Positions 12,751 to 24,359 of a stretch of DNA of 64,000 bases are shown here, in pieces; position 1 is the stretch's first letter, and every line of letters starts with the position of its first letter. The position numbers were made by a program, and so were the translations under genes. The notes beneath the pieces are model-generated. The model saw only the letters and a list, made by a program, of their open reading frames with translations. It did no database searches and had not been told where the DNA came from. Source of the DNA: Heptranchias perlo (lineage: Eukaryota); contig NC_090330.1 in NCBI RefSeq assembly GCF_035084215.1, forward strand, positions 2,294,001-2,358,000, given 5' to 3'.

Positions 12751-15700
12751 ATGAATGAAGGTCCACCTGAAGGATTGGTGGAAACGTCCCAACAATGAGG
12801 GGCAGGAAAAGACCCTCTGATCCACCCAGCCTTCCCCACACAACTGTGAGGCCTTGCACCATGAACTTGAGCTTCAACATCCAGGCTTGGGCTCATAAGT
12901 GGCAAGTAACATTCGCGCCAGACAAGTGCCAGGCAATGACCATCTCCAACAAGAGAGAGTCTAACCACCTCCCCATGACATTCAACGGCATTACCATCGC
13001 CGAATCCCCCACCATCAACATCCTGGGGGTCACCACTGACCAGAAACTTAACTGGACCAGCCATATAAATACTGTGGCTAGAAGAGCAGGTCAGAGGCTG
13101 GGTATTCTGCAGCGAGTGACTCACCTCCTGACTCCCCAAAGCTTCTCACCACCTACAAGGCACAAGTCAGGAGTGTGATGGAATACTCTCCACTTGCCTG
13201 GATGAGTGCAGCTCCAACACTCAAGAAGCTCGACACCATCCAAGATAAAGCAGCCCGCTTGATTGGCACCCCATCAACCACCCGAAACATTCACTCCCTT
13301 CACCACCGGCGCACTGTGGCTGCAGTGTGCACCATCCACAGGATGCACTGCAGCAACTCGCCAAGGCTTCTTCGACAGCACCTCCCAAACCCACGACCTC
13401 TACCACCTAGAAGGACAAGGGCAGCAGGCATATGGGAACAACACCACCTGCACGTTCCCCTCCAAGTCACACACCATCCCGACTTGGAAATATATCACCG
13501 TTCCTTCATCATCGCTGGGTCAAAATCCTGGAACTCCCTTCCTAACAGCACTGTGGGAGAACCTTCACCACACGGACTGCAGCGGTTCAAGAAGGCGTGT
13601 CCTAACTCTCATTCACCCCTCAACCCCCCCCGTGCTTGCTGACCTACACTGGCTCCCGGTCCGGCAGCGCCTCGATTTTAAAATTCTCACCCTCGTGTTC
13701 AAATCCCTCCATGGCCTCAGCCCCTCCCTATCTCTGTAACCTCCTCCAGCCCCTACAACCCTCCGAGATCTCTGCGCTCCTCCAATTCTGGCCTCTTGCC
13801 CCTGATTTTAATCGCTCCACCATTGGCGGCCCTGCCTTCAGCTGGCTAACCCCCAAACTCTGGAATTCCCTCCCTAAACCTCTCTAACTCTTTCTCCTCC
13901 TTTAAGACACGCCTTAAAACCTACCTCTTTGACCAAGCTTTCGGTCACCTGTTCTTATACATCTCCCAACAGGCTCAGTGTCAAATTTTGTTAGATAATG
14001 CTCCTGTGACGCTGGGCGGCGCCAACAAAAGAGCTATCCAGCTTAATCCCACTTTCCAGCACTTGGTCCGTAGCCCTGTAGGATACTTCAAGTGCTCATC
14101 CAAGTACTTTTTAAATGAGTTGAGGGATTGGGATGTTTTACTATCTTAAAGGCACTATATAAATGCAAGTTGTTGTTGCACCATAATACAAACACTCCCC
14201 ACCCCACCTGAAACCATGTGATCTCCTGGGAGAGGTGAAAAACCAGACAAAATCCCAGGCCAGGGAATAAAATCTGAGAAATTCCTTTCCAACGCACTTA
14301 GACGATTGAAACTAGCCCAGGAGATCACTCTGGCCCTGATAAAGTACCTACCTTTTGTACAAGGTGATCTCCACCCTGGCTAAATTGGTCACCATCACCA
14401 CAGGGATACCCAGGCTCCTGCAGACGTAGATTAGAATCATACAGCTCAGAAAGAGGCAATTCGGCCCATCGTGCCTGTGCTGGCTTTTTGAAAGAGTCCA
14501 TTAGTCCCTCTCCCCTGCCCTTTCCCCATCGCCCTGCAATTTTCTCCTCTTCCAGTATTTATCAAATTCCCTTTTGAAAGTTATTATTGAATCTGCTTCC
14601 ATCGCCTTTTCAGGCAGCGCATTCCAGATCATAACAACTCACTGTGTTAAAAAAAAAATTCTCCTCATCTCCCCCCAGGCTTTTTTGCCAATTATTGTAA
14701 TGAATTATTATTTAAATGAATTATTAATTCCTGTCACTAGTTTTTTAAAAATTAAATATAAATGTTTTTTTTGAATTGGGTACTCTCCCTACTTCATTAG
14801 GGTGTCCGTGTTGGATTAGGGTCTCATGAAATTCCCCACTACGAAAGTGATTTTCCTCATCACCCCCCTCCTGAATTTGTTCGACTCCTTGCTGGAGTCC
14901 TGTTCCACAAAGATGGTCCAGTTCTTCATCCAAATGACCATTTTCCATCCACACCTTTGTCACTTCCGGATTTGACTATTCCATTTGCTGTCCTGGCCGG
15001 CCTCCCATCCTCCGCCCTCTGTAAACTTCAGCCCATCCAAAACTCTGCTGCATGTGTCCTATTCAACACCAAATCCTGCTCAGCCACCACCCTTGTGCCC
15101 ACTGCCCTACATTGGCTCCCAGTCCCCAAATTCAACACCTCAAATTTAAAATTCTAATGTTTAAATCCCTCCCTGGCCTCGCCCCTCCCTATCTCTGTAA
15201 CCTTCTCCAGCTCTACAAACAATCCCCGCACCCTCTGTTCCTCCGGCCTCTTGTGCCTCCCATTGGTGACCATGCCTTCAGCCGTTGCAACTGTTCATTC
15301 TAGGTTACGGTCAAGGAGGCTGTTCCCACAGACTAAGGCCTGTGAATATGAAGCCCACCCACTGGATAGTGATCCCCTTCTGCAATTTCTTCCCTATACC
15401 TCTCCACCTCCCTCTCCTGGAAGGGATGAGGGACTTCAGTTACGTGGAGAGACTAGATAAACTGGGGTTGTCCTCCTTAGAGCAGAGACGGTTAAGGGGA
15501 AATTTAATAGCAGTGTTCAAAATCATGAAGGGTTTTGATAGAGTAAATAGGGAGACACTGTTTGTACTGGCAGGAGGGTCGGTAACCAGAGGACACAGAT
15601 TTAGGGTGATTGGCAAAAGAACCAGAGGCGAGATGAGGAGAAACTTTTTTACGCAGTGAGTGGTTACGATCTGCAGTGGACTGAGTCTCATTTGAATCAA

Positions 15701-18700
15701 AATTTGCAATCTTCCACATACTGTGTCTGGGTTGGCGTCCCCAGGATTAACAGTTAACTCCCAGTCGTGGAATATTATTCACTGGATGTGATGGGACGTC
15801 CATGTTTTCCTGTCTCACCCGAAAGGTGTTGACTGAGTAAAGTGTATATGTGTTAAATCTAATTGGCCAATTGGATCTATTTATTAGTTAAATAAAATTG
15901 TCTTCTTTTTTTTTCTTTATGTCTCCTCCTTCAATTTGTACTGTAACCAATAACTGGTTTTGTGCTTTATGCCTGCAGGTCTGTGAACACGCAAGAGTAC
16001 GACTCAGTTTTGAACGGTCCAATTGTGGATTATTCCTTCAGACAGCTGGACACTTTATCTGGTGCCGTATCATAGTCTATAAACTATTCACAAAAGCCCG
16101 GCAACCTCACTTAGTTAATGGTCCATGTGTTAATTTTACTCATGATGTAAGATTCTGTCTATACTCTGATGGTCAAGGCGGCTCTTGTTCCTCCTAAGCT
16201 TCAAATACACCAACCCACATGAGTATCCTTCTCCCTGTATCTTCACTGCATTGATATCAAGGCCCAATCCAGGCCTGTGGGGGGCTGGCATGGGTGGAAA
16301 CATGCTGGCGGACAGGCTGTGCTATGTCACCACCACCCCCTCTTCCCCTCAACCTTCCCGTTTCGTAACTCGCCAAGACTTCTTTGACAGCACCTCTCAA
16401 ACCCGTGACTTCCACCACCTAGAAGGACAAGGACAGCAGGCACATGGGAACAACACCACCTCCGAGTCACACACCATCCCGACTTGGACATATACCAGCC
16501 GTTCCTTCATCGTCGCTGGGTCAAAATCCTGCAAGTCCCGACCTAACGGCACTGTGGGAGAACCTTCACCACACGGACTGCAGCGGTTCAAGAAGAAGGC
16601 GGCTCACCACCACCATCTCCAGGGGCAACTAGGGATGGGCGATATATGCCAGCCTTGCCAGTGATGCCCACATCCCAAGGAATGATGTATAAAACAAATT
16701 CCCTGTGGTTGGAGATGATGGCTGGAAATGCAGGCCGGTGCAAATTAAATTAAAATGAGGGGATTACAGCTTCAGCCATGTTTGTCCCAATTGGATCCTT
16801 GGACTGCCTGATTGGTCCCAGATTTCACTGCTATAAGGTGATCGGAAAGGGCCTCGGGAGGGGGCTCTAATGTCGAGGGACCTGTTCTCTCGAGTACAGC
16901 CCTGCACAGGACCCATCAGCATCAGGGGGAATTTTTAAACAGATTGTTTTTTAAAAATTGTTTTTTTTTGAGGCAGCTGCCTCTTCCTCTCCCAGGCCTT
17001 TCGCAGCAAGTCTCTTCCCACAGTCTCGCCTGACTCCCCAGTGGAGGTTGGGATGAGGGGAGGGGAGGGGGCACTTCTGGGGCAGATGCCCCCGTCGGAG
17101 AATCCAGGCCCCTTGACTGTTGCTCCGTCTCCCAATCGGTCTCGAACATCAGGACCTGAAAACCATCCGGCTCCTCGGCTCCCTCAGTGTTCCTTTCCTC
17201 CTACAATCGACGGAAGCTTGGCGTCAAATATTACCAGTTCTTGCTGTTTTTAAAACTTGTCCTGCACTGGCCTGATATTAAAGTGATACCAGCACTAACT
17301 GTGCTGACCTCTGTTATGAACAGTGCCCCAACCTACCATCATCGGTGGAATTTATTGTTATGCATTCCTTTTTTTTCCAGATCCTTTCACTTTTCTGCCC
17401 TCCTTAAAACTTTACTTGCCCTGTGACCTAACTATGTTGTGGTCGCTATTTCCCAATTGTTCTCCTGCGCCCACATCAGTTAATTGCCTCATTTCATTTC
17501 CTGGAACTAAATCGAGCAATGCTCCTTCCCTGTTGGATTAGAATCTTGCAGCACAGAAGGACCATCGAGCCTGTGCCGGCTCTGTGAAAGAGCTATCCAA
17601 TTAGACCCATTCTCCTGCTCTTTCCCCATAGCCCTGCATGTTTTTCCATTTCAAGATGGAGTTAAGATACAGATCAGCCATGATCTAATTGAATTGCGGA
17701 ACAGGCTCGAGGGGCTGAATGGCCTCCTCCTGTTCCTATGCTCCTATTTATCCAATCCTCTTTTGAAAGTTACTGTTGAATCTGCTTCCACTGCCCTTTC
17801 AGGCAGTGCATTCCAGATCATAACAACCTCCAGCAAGCAAAGGGCAAACTCAGTTCCTGAGAGAACGGGGCAGCGGGATTAGTTTGGGCTTGATACAGGG
17901 CTATGGCAGAGAATGGGGCAGTGGGATTAGTTTGGAAGTGATACAGGGCTATGGGGAGAGAGTGGGATTATTTTGGGATTGCTCCAGCAAGAGCCAGCAC
18001 AGATTCAATGGCTGAATGGCCTCATTCTGTGCCATCATAGCCCTGTATCAATCCCAATCTAATCCTACTGCTTCACTCTCTCCCCATAGCCCCGTATCAA
18101 TCCCAAACCAATCCCAATGCCCTGTTCTCTCCCCATACCCCTGTATCAATCCCAAACTAATCCCACTGCCCCACTCTCTCCCCATAGACGTGTATCAATC
18201 CCAAACTAATGTGTGCCATAAAATGGTATGGGAAATGAACTTTGCTAAATGAATCCAGTTGTATTATTTTGTAAGGTGTGTTTCTGGCGTAAAATAGGTT
18301 TCCATTCCTCAGCAAGGACTCTGCTCTTTTTAACTCTTTCTCTCCACCGTGCAGGCTCCCTCGTATTGACCCCTCGAACAGGCTTCAGACCGAACCAGTA
18401 CACGGAGGACAAGAAGCTGATGAGCTGTTCTCTGCGTCTGAGCCACAACCGCCTGTCTGACTTGAGCGGCCTGAACCAGTTAATCGAAAACTTGTTTGTG
18501 GAGCCCAACCGACTATTCTGGATCGACCTCTCCTTCAACAGCTTCAGCTCCATCGATCCTGTAGGTTGTTGGGAGGCTGTTTTTTGTCACATTGAAATTA
18601 AACAACTATTATTTCCTTACAGGCCTTTGTTTTCACCCACTGTTGGGGGTAATATACTGGCATGGATAGAGGATTGGCCAACTAACAGAAAACAAAGAGT

Positions 18701-21700
18701 CAGGATAAAAGGGTCATTTTCAAAATGGCAATCTGTAACTAGTGGGGTGCCGCAGGGCTCAGTGCTGGGGCCTCAACTATTTACAATATATATCAATGAC
18801 TTGGATGATGGAACAGGGTGTCTTGTGGATAGATTTGCTGATGATACAAAGATAGGTGGAAAAGCAAGTTGCGATGAGGACACAAAATGTCTGCAAAAGG
18901 ATATTGACAGGTTAAGCAAATGGGCAAAAATTTGGGAGATGGAATGTAATGTGGGAAAATGTGAAGTCATCCACTTTTGGAGGAAAAATAAAAAAGCAAA
19001 ATATTATTTGAATGGAGAATTACTACAAAATGCTGAAATACAGAGGGATCTGGGTGTCCTCGTACATGAAACACAAAAAGTCAACATACAGGTGCAGCAG
19101 GTAATCCGGAAGGCAAACGGAATATTGGCCTTTATTTCTAGGGGGATGGAATATAAAAGCAGGGACGTCATGCTACAACTGTACAGGGTGCTGGTGAGGC
19201 CACACCTGGAGTACTGCGTACAGTTCTGGTGCCCTTATTTAAGGAAGGACATACTTGCATTGGAGGCAGTTCAGAGAAGGTTCACCAGGTTGATTCCGGG
19301 TATGGAAGGGTTGTCTTATGAGGAAAGATTGAACAGGTTGGGTCTATACTCATTGGAGTTTAGAAGAATGAGAGGAGATCTTATTGAAACATACAAGATT
19401 CTGAGGGGACTCGATAGGGTAGATGCTGAGAGGATGTTACCCCTCATGGGGGAATCTAAAACTAGGGGGCATAGAATCAGAATAAGGGGTTGCCCATTTA
19501 AGACGGAAATGAGGAGGAATTTCTTCTCCCAGAGGGTCGTGAATCTTTGGAATTCTTTACCCCAAAAAGCTGTGGAGGCTGAGTCATTGAATACATTCAA
19601 GGCTGAGTTAGACAAATTTTTGATCAGCGAGGGAGTCAAAGGATATGGGGAAAGGGCGGGAAAGTGGAGTTGAGGTAAAAATCAGATCAGCCATGATCTC
19701 ATTAAATGGCGGAGCAGGCTCGAGGGGCCGAATGGCCTTCTGCTCCTATCTCTTATGGTCTTATGGTCTATGCTGAGGAGAAGAGTTTGGGAACTTTTAG
19801 GACCAGGAAAGGATAATTTGGACCAACAATCACAACCCCACCCAAACAGCTTCTCGCCAAACCCCTCACCCCCACCCCCACATCATCTAACTGTATCCCT
19901 CAATCCAACCTATTCACCTTCTCACCAAGCCCGTCAATCCAACCTACTCATCATATTCCTCAATCCCTTCTCTCTGGAAAAATATCTATTTGTCCCTTTA
20001 AACTGTCTCCTTTAATGTCCCTCCCTGGGAGTGTTTGATGGGACAGTGTAGAGGGAGCTTTACTCTGTAGCTAACCCGTGCTGTACCTGCCCTGGGAGTG
20101 TTTGACGGGACAGTGTGGAGGGAGCTTTACTCGGTTTAACATCTCATCCGAAAGACGGTACCTCCAACAGTGCAGCGCTCCCTCAGTACTGACGCTCCAA
20201 CAGTGCAGCGCTCCCTCAGTACTGACGCTCCAACAGTGCAGCACTCCCTCAGTACTGACGCTCCGACAGTGCAACGCTCCCTCAGTACTGACCCTCCGAC
20301 AGTGCAGCGCTCCCTCAGTACCACACTGGGAGTGTCAGCCTGGATTATGTGCTTACGTCTCCAGCGTGGGACTTGAACCCATGACCCTCTGACTTGGAGG
20401 CGGGAGAGCTACCCACTGAGTCAGTGTTTCAGCGAACAGGAACAAACCGACGAGTGTTACTGGATGAACCAGTAATAATCCCGGGTTTTGATCGCTGGCA
20501 CCGTCACTTCAGTTTGCGGGGGTTTTTTAATCGACGGCTGATGGTCGCCCTTTCCATCTCTTGACAGATCCTGATCCTGTGCCGCAATCTGCAGATCCTG
20601 AATCTCCACGGCAACCAGATCCTCGAGCTGTTTGAGGTGGACAAGCTCGCCTCACTGCCCCACCTGCGGAGCCTCACCCTGCACGGCAACCCTGTGGAGC
20701 TGATGAAAGGATACAGGTACCCTGACCGGGGAGTCTCTGGCTTCTCCGCTCCGCCCGCAATGCACCCTCATCGCCCCCTCATAGTAAACTGGTGACCTGC
20801 AGCAGAAACCCAAGACCAAATATCAAACCCCCCACACACACTTTGCTGTCCCAAGGGGCAAGGGGCACTGACCTCTCGCTGGGTACAATCCTACAGCCCG
20901 AGCCTGCCCGCCCGTCTCCATCACCTAACCAAAGCTTTCTAACGTTTTAATGATGTTGGTTGAAGGATAAGTATTGACCCCAGGGAGAACGCCCCTGCTC
21001 TTCATCCAATAATGGCCATGGGATCTTTTACACCCATCTGAGGGCAGACGGGGCCTTGATTTAACGTCTCAGCCGAAAGACGGCACCTCTGACAGTGCAG
21101 CACTCCGAGTACTGCACTGGGAGTGGCAGCCTGGATTACGTGCTTCAGTCTTTGGAGTGGGACTTGAACCCACGACCTTCTGACTCAGAGGTGAAAGTGA
21201 CACCCACTGAGCCCCGGTTGGGTTCCATAACCGAATGGCCAATAAGTATCAGCAGGCTACTTGACCAGGATTTTAACAACGAGTGAGAAGTCGGGGTGAG
21301 CCACCACCTGCTGTTACCCTCCTGCTCTGTGTATCTCTATCACTCAGTGCAGTGAATATACCTGCAGAGCCATCAGGGAACCCCTCGTGAATTATTTCCC
21401 CATCACCCCGTCCACAATGAATTCTCTATGGCCAGGGGAATGTCTATGTGGACTATATTTATATGGACTTCCAAAAGGCATTCAATAAAGTCCCTCATAA
21501 GAGACTGTTAGCTAAAGTTGAAGATCATGGAATTGAGGTAAAATTATTGACCTGGTCAGGAAATTAGCTGAATGGCAGGAGACAGACAGTAGGGATAATG
21601 GGCAGGTACTCAAATTGGCAGGATGTGACCAGTGGTGTCCCACAGGGATCTGTGTTGGGGCCTCAACTATTCACTGCATTTATTAACGACTTAAATGACA

Positions 21701-22488
21701 GGATAGAGAGTCACATATCCAAGTTTGCCGATGACACAAAGATCGGCAGCATTGTAAGCAGTGTAGATGGAAGCATAAAATTACAGAGAGATATTAATAA
21801 ATTAAGTGAATGAGCAAAACTGGCAAATGGATTTCATTGTAGACAAGTGTGAGGTCATCCCTTGGACCTAAAAAAGATAAATCAGTGTACTTTCTGATGG
21901 TGAAAAGCTCAAAACAGTGGCAGTCCAAAGAGACTTAGGGGTCTATGTACATAAATCATTAACATGTCATGGACAGGTACAAAAATCATCAAAAAGGCTA
22001 ATGGAATGCTAATCTAAAGGACTAGAATACAAGAGGGTAGAAGTTAAGCTTCGGCTATACAAAGCCCTGGTTAGACTACACCTGGGGTACTGTGTTTGGA
22101 TCCAGGCACTGCACCTTAGGAAGGATATATTGGCCTCTGAGGGAGTGCAGCATAGATTTACTAGAATGATACCTGGACTCAGAGTTAAATTACAAGGAGC
22201 GATTACACAAACTCGGGTTGTATTCCCTGGAATTTAGAAGATTAAGGGGTGATTTGATGAACGTCTGTACGATCCTATGAAATCCCTGCTGGTGAAGTTT
22301 AACACTCTCTTTCTCTCTCTCTCCTCACCCTCCCACCCCCCCACCAAAGGAGCTACATGGTAGGAAACATCCCACAGTTAAAGTCACTGGATTTCAGCAC
22401 AATCACCAAACAGGATCGATCCACTGCTGCAGTCATGAAGTCATTCACCAAACAGAAACGCATCGTCAAGAGGAAGTACGATGACTAG
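12304..22488 (+). CDS. LRRC51: LRRC51, leucine-rich repeat-containing protein 51; join(12304..12416,15979..16061,18355..18560,20568..20716,22350..22488), 690 nt, 229 aa
   Basis: The spliced translation contains GPIVDYSFRQL, PRTGFRP, LRLSHNRLSDL, LFWIDLSFNSFSSIDP, LQILNLHGNQI, EVDKLASLPHLRSLTLHGNPVELMKGYR and LDFSTITKQDRSTAAV, matching LRRC51 as recalled. All introns are GT-AG and the phases join. The position tail-to-tail with LAMTOR1 matches mammalian synteny. Confidence 0.93.
12873..13597 (+). mobile_element. 5'-truncated copy of the same APE-RT LINE family in LRRC51 intron 1
   Basis: Near-identical to 42400-43495 once the nested SINE is removed. Confidence 0.9.
13598..14010 (+). mobile_element. 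L2-type LINE 3' end
   Basis: LADLHWLPVRQRLDFKIL..VFKSLHG. Confidence 0.8.
15979..16061 (+). CDS. LRRC51: LRRC51 coding exon 2 (SVNTQEYDSVLNGPIVDYSFRQLDTLS)
   Basis: Acceptor gcctgcag; PxxDYSFR motif; weak donor G|GTGCCG in phase 1. Confidence 0.85.
16365..16690 (+). mobile_element. 3' fragment of the APE-RT LINE family
   Basis: Similar to 43250-43580. Confidence 0.8.
18355..18560 (+). CDS. LRRC51: LRRC51 coding exon 3 (LRR units, ...WIDLSFNSFSSIDP)
   Basis: Pyrimidine tract plus gcag acceptor; donor CCT|GTAGGT; LxLxxN repeats. Confidence 0.93.
18640..19770 (+). mobile_element. 5'-truncated CR1 LINE in LRRC51 intron 3, open RT C-terminal ORF
   Basis: [22 protein letters not shown] and [11 protein letters not shown] up to the stop at 19673; TCTTATGG tail. 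Confidence 0.92.
20023..20132 (+). repeat. 67-bp unit array, about 1.6 copies
   Basis: Unit GTGTAGAGGGAGCTTTACTCTGTATCTAACCCGTGCTGTACCTGCCCTGGGAGTGTTTGATGGGACA. Confidence 0.9.
20133..20425 (-). mobile_element. Deu-domain SINE 5' part with an internal 33-bp unit x5
   Basis: CTCC(A/G)ACAGTGCAGCGCTCCCTCAGTACTGACG repeated over 20162-20320. Confidence 0.82.
20568..20716 (+). CDS. LRRC51: LRRC51 coding exon 4 (ILILCRNLQILNLHGNQI...LHGNPVELMKGY-R)
   Basis: Acceptor ttgacag; donor AG|GTACCC; two LxLHGN repeats. Confidence 0.93.
20940..21215 (-). mobile_element. Deu-domain SINE fragment
   Basis: Core plus tRNA head. Confidence 0.75.
21435..22270 (+). mobile_element. Decayed CR1 RT fragment in LRRC51 intron 4
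   Basis: [16 protein letters not shown] and FADD with stops and frameshifts. Confidence 0.85.
22350..22488 (+). CDS. LRRC51: LRRC51 last coding exon (SYMVGNIPQLKSLDFSTITKQDR...KRKYDD*)
   Basis: Acceptor AAG after a long CT tract; LRR-cap-like YRxxxxxxxPxLxxLD motif; TAG at 22486-22488. Confidence 0.9.
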
Positions 22489-23654
22489 ATCCCACGGCAG
22501 GGCCCCCTCTGGATTCCACCCCCCGTCAGCCCAGTGCAGTGTCGGTTCACTGGGAGTCAGTGCCCAATCCCTGGCCTTGAGCAGAGTGCCTGGGATCAGG
22601 ACTGGCAGAACTTTCTCAAATTAATTTGATAAAAGTCTAGTGTTGATTGCGGATGATTATTAACAAGATTATTCGATAGCCCTGTCCCTTCTGGTAGTCA
22701 TTGTATTTGTTGGTTGGGGGGGGGGGGGGGGTTGGAAAAAGAGAGAGAGAGAGAGAGAGAGAAAGAAAAGTCGGTGTTAGGGAAGAGGTCCCTTTGGGAG
22801 TTACGCTGTTGAATACAGATCAAATGTTCTTTAAAAATGAAATTGCCACATATTTTGATCACTGATTTCAAAAAGGCCGATTACATTTGATAAACCTCAT
22901 TCTTTGAGGTAGGGTAGATGGGGAACTGCAGTGGATGGAGTGTACTTGGCCTCAGAGTTGTGAGGCTCAAGATTAGAGTGGATAGGTGGGTGAAGGAATA
23001 CGGGAACTTAGCAGGTAAACATTAGAAACGGCGACACAGACTGGTTGGGTCGAATAGTTTGTTCTCCTGTTGTAACTTCGATGTATTTCTATGTAGTCCA
23101 GGCCCCTGCCTAGACCGACACGGCCTCACCCGACTGCTCGTCTCCTACTTCTTAAAAACCAGCTTCTCCTCCAGTCTCATCACTTTGCTTAATTGGAAAT
23201 CTTTCATTTGGGACTTAATCACAGCAGTGATGGGTGTATCAAACAAACAGTCTCTGCCAATTGGGAATTCAGGAGAAACATCTTTACCCAGAGAGTGGTG
23301 AGAATGTGGAACTCGCTCCCACAAGGAGTAGTTGAGGTGAATAGTGTGGATACATTTAAGGAATAGAAGGTCAGGAGAGACGAAGTAGTGAGGGAGAAGA
23401 CTCATGTGGAGCATAAACACCGATTGGCCTGGTTCTGTGCTGTGCAGTGTTTGTAATTCCCCAGCTCCTCCTGCCTGGGAGTTTCAGTACTTGGGTTACA
23501 TTACAATCCCATCCTCACTTCCTCTTTCAGCCCAAGTGCAGGAAATCCACATTAACCAACTCCCCTCTGCCCTGAAGAGCATTCACAATGACATGCAGTC
23601 TCAGTGGGCAATTTTTGTTCCTGTCCACTACCTTTAAACTTTGGTGTTGAGAGC

Positions 23655-24060
23655 AGGATCCCCCCACCACCCCCCGCAGGCACCCGAGAGCAGGGTCTCC
23701 CCCCACCACCCCCCGCAGGCACCCGAGAGTAGGGTCCTCCCACCCACCCCTCGCAGCCCAGCAGGCACCCGAGAGCAGGGTCTTCCCCCACCACCCCCTG
23801 CAGGCACCCGAGAGCAGGGTCTCCCCCACCACCCCCTGCAGGCACCCGAGAGCAGGGTCCTCCCACCCACCCAATCCTTCGCAGCCCAGCAGGCACCAGA
23901 GAGCAGGGTCCCCCCCGCAGGCACCCGAGAGCAGGGTCCTCCCACCCACCCACCCCTTGCAGCCCAGCAGGCACCAGAGAGCAGGGTTCCCCCCCCGCCC
24001 CACCCAGCACCCGAGAGTTCCCCCGTACCCCACCCCGCACCCAGCAAGCACCTGAGAGCA
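23655..24060. repeat. GC-rich minisatellite, core GCAGGCACCCGAGAGCAGGGTC, about 9-10 variable units
   Basis: Directly visible between the LRRC51 and LAMTOR1 3' ends. Confidence 0.9.
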
Positions 24061-24359
24061 AGTTACTCCCTCCCCAAGCAACTGAGAGCAGATTGCACTA
24101 ACCCAAATGCCTGATGGTACATTTCTCTTCCCCCACCCCCCCACAAACCACTAATTCAATGTCTGTTGGCTTGTGGGTTAGGAAAAACTTCAAAAAGGAA
24201 ATTGGGAAATTTCACAAACACAGTCCGGAGAATCTGAAACAAGTTTAAAAAGGGAGGCAAGAACTTGGTGCTTCAAACAGACATTTCCCACATCAGTGGC
24301 GTTGGGCTGTTGTAAATATATATGGAGAGTCCCACATGCAGTGCAAACAGGGAGATCAA

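Noticed and set aside
23527-24144. Overlapping 137-205 aa ORFs
   Set aside because: Minisatellite translations.
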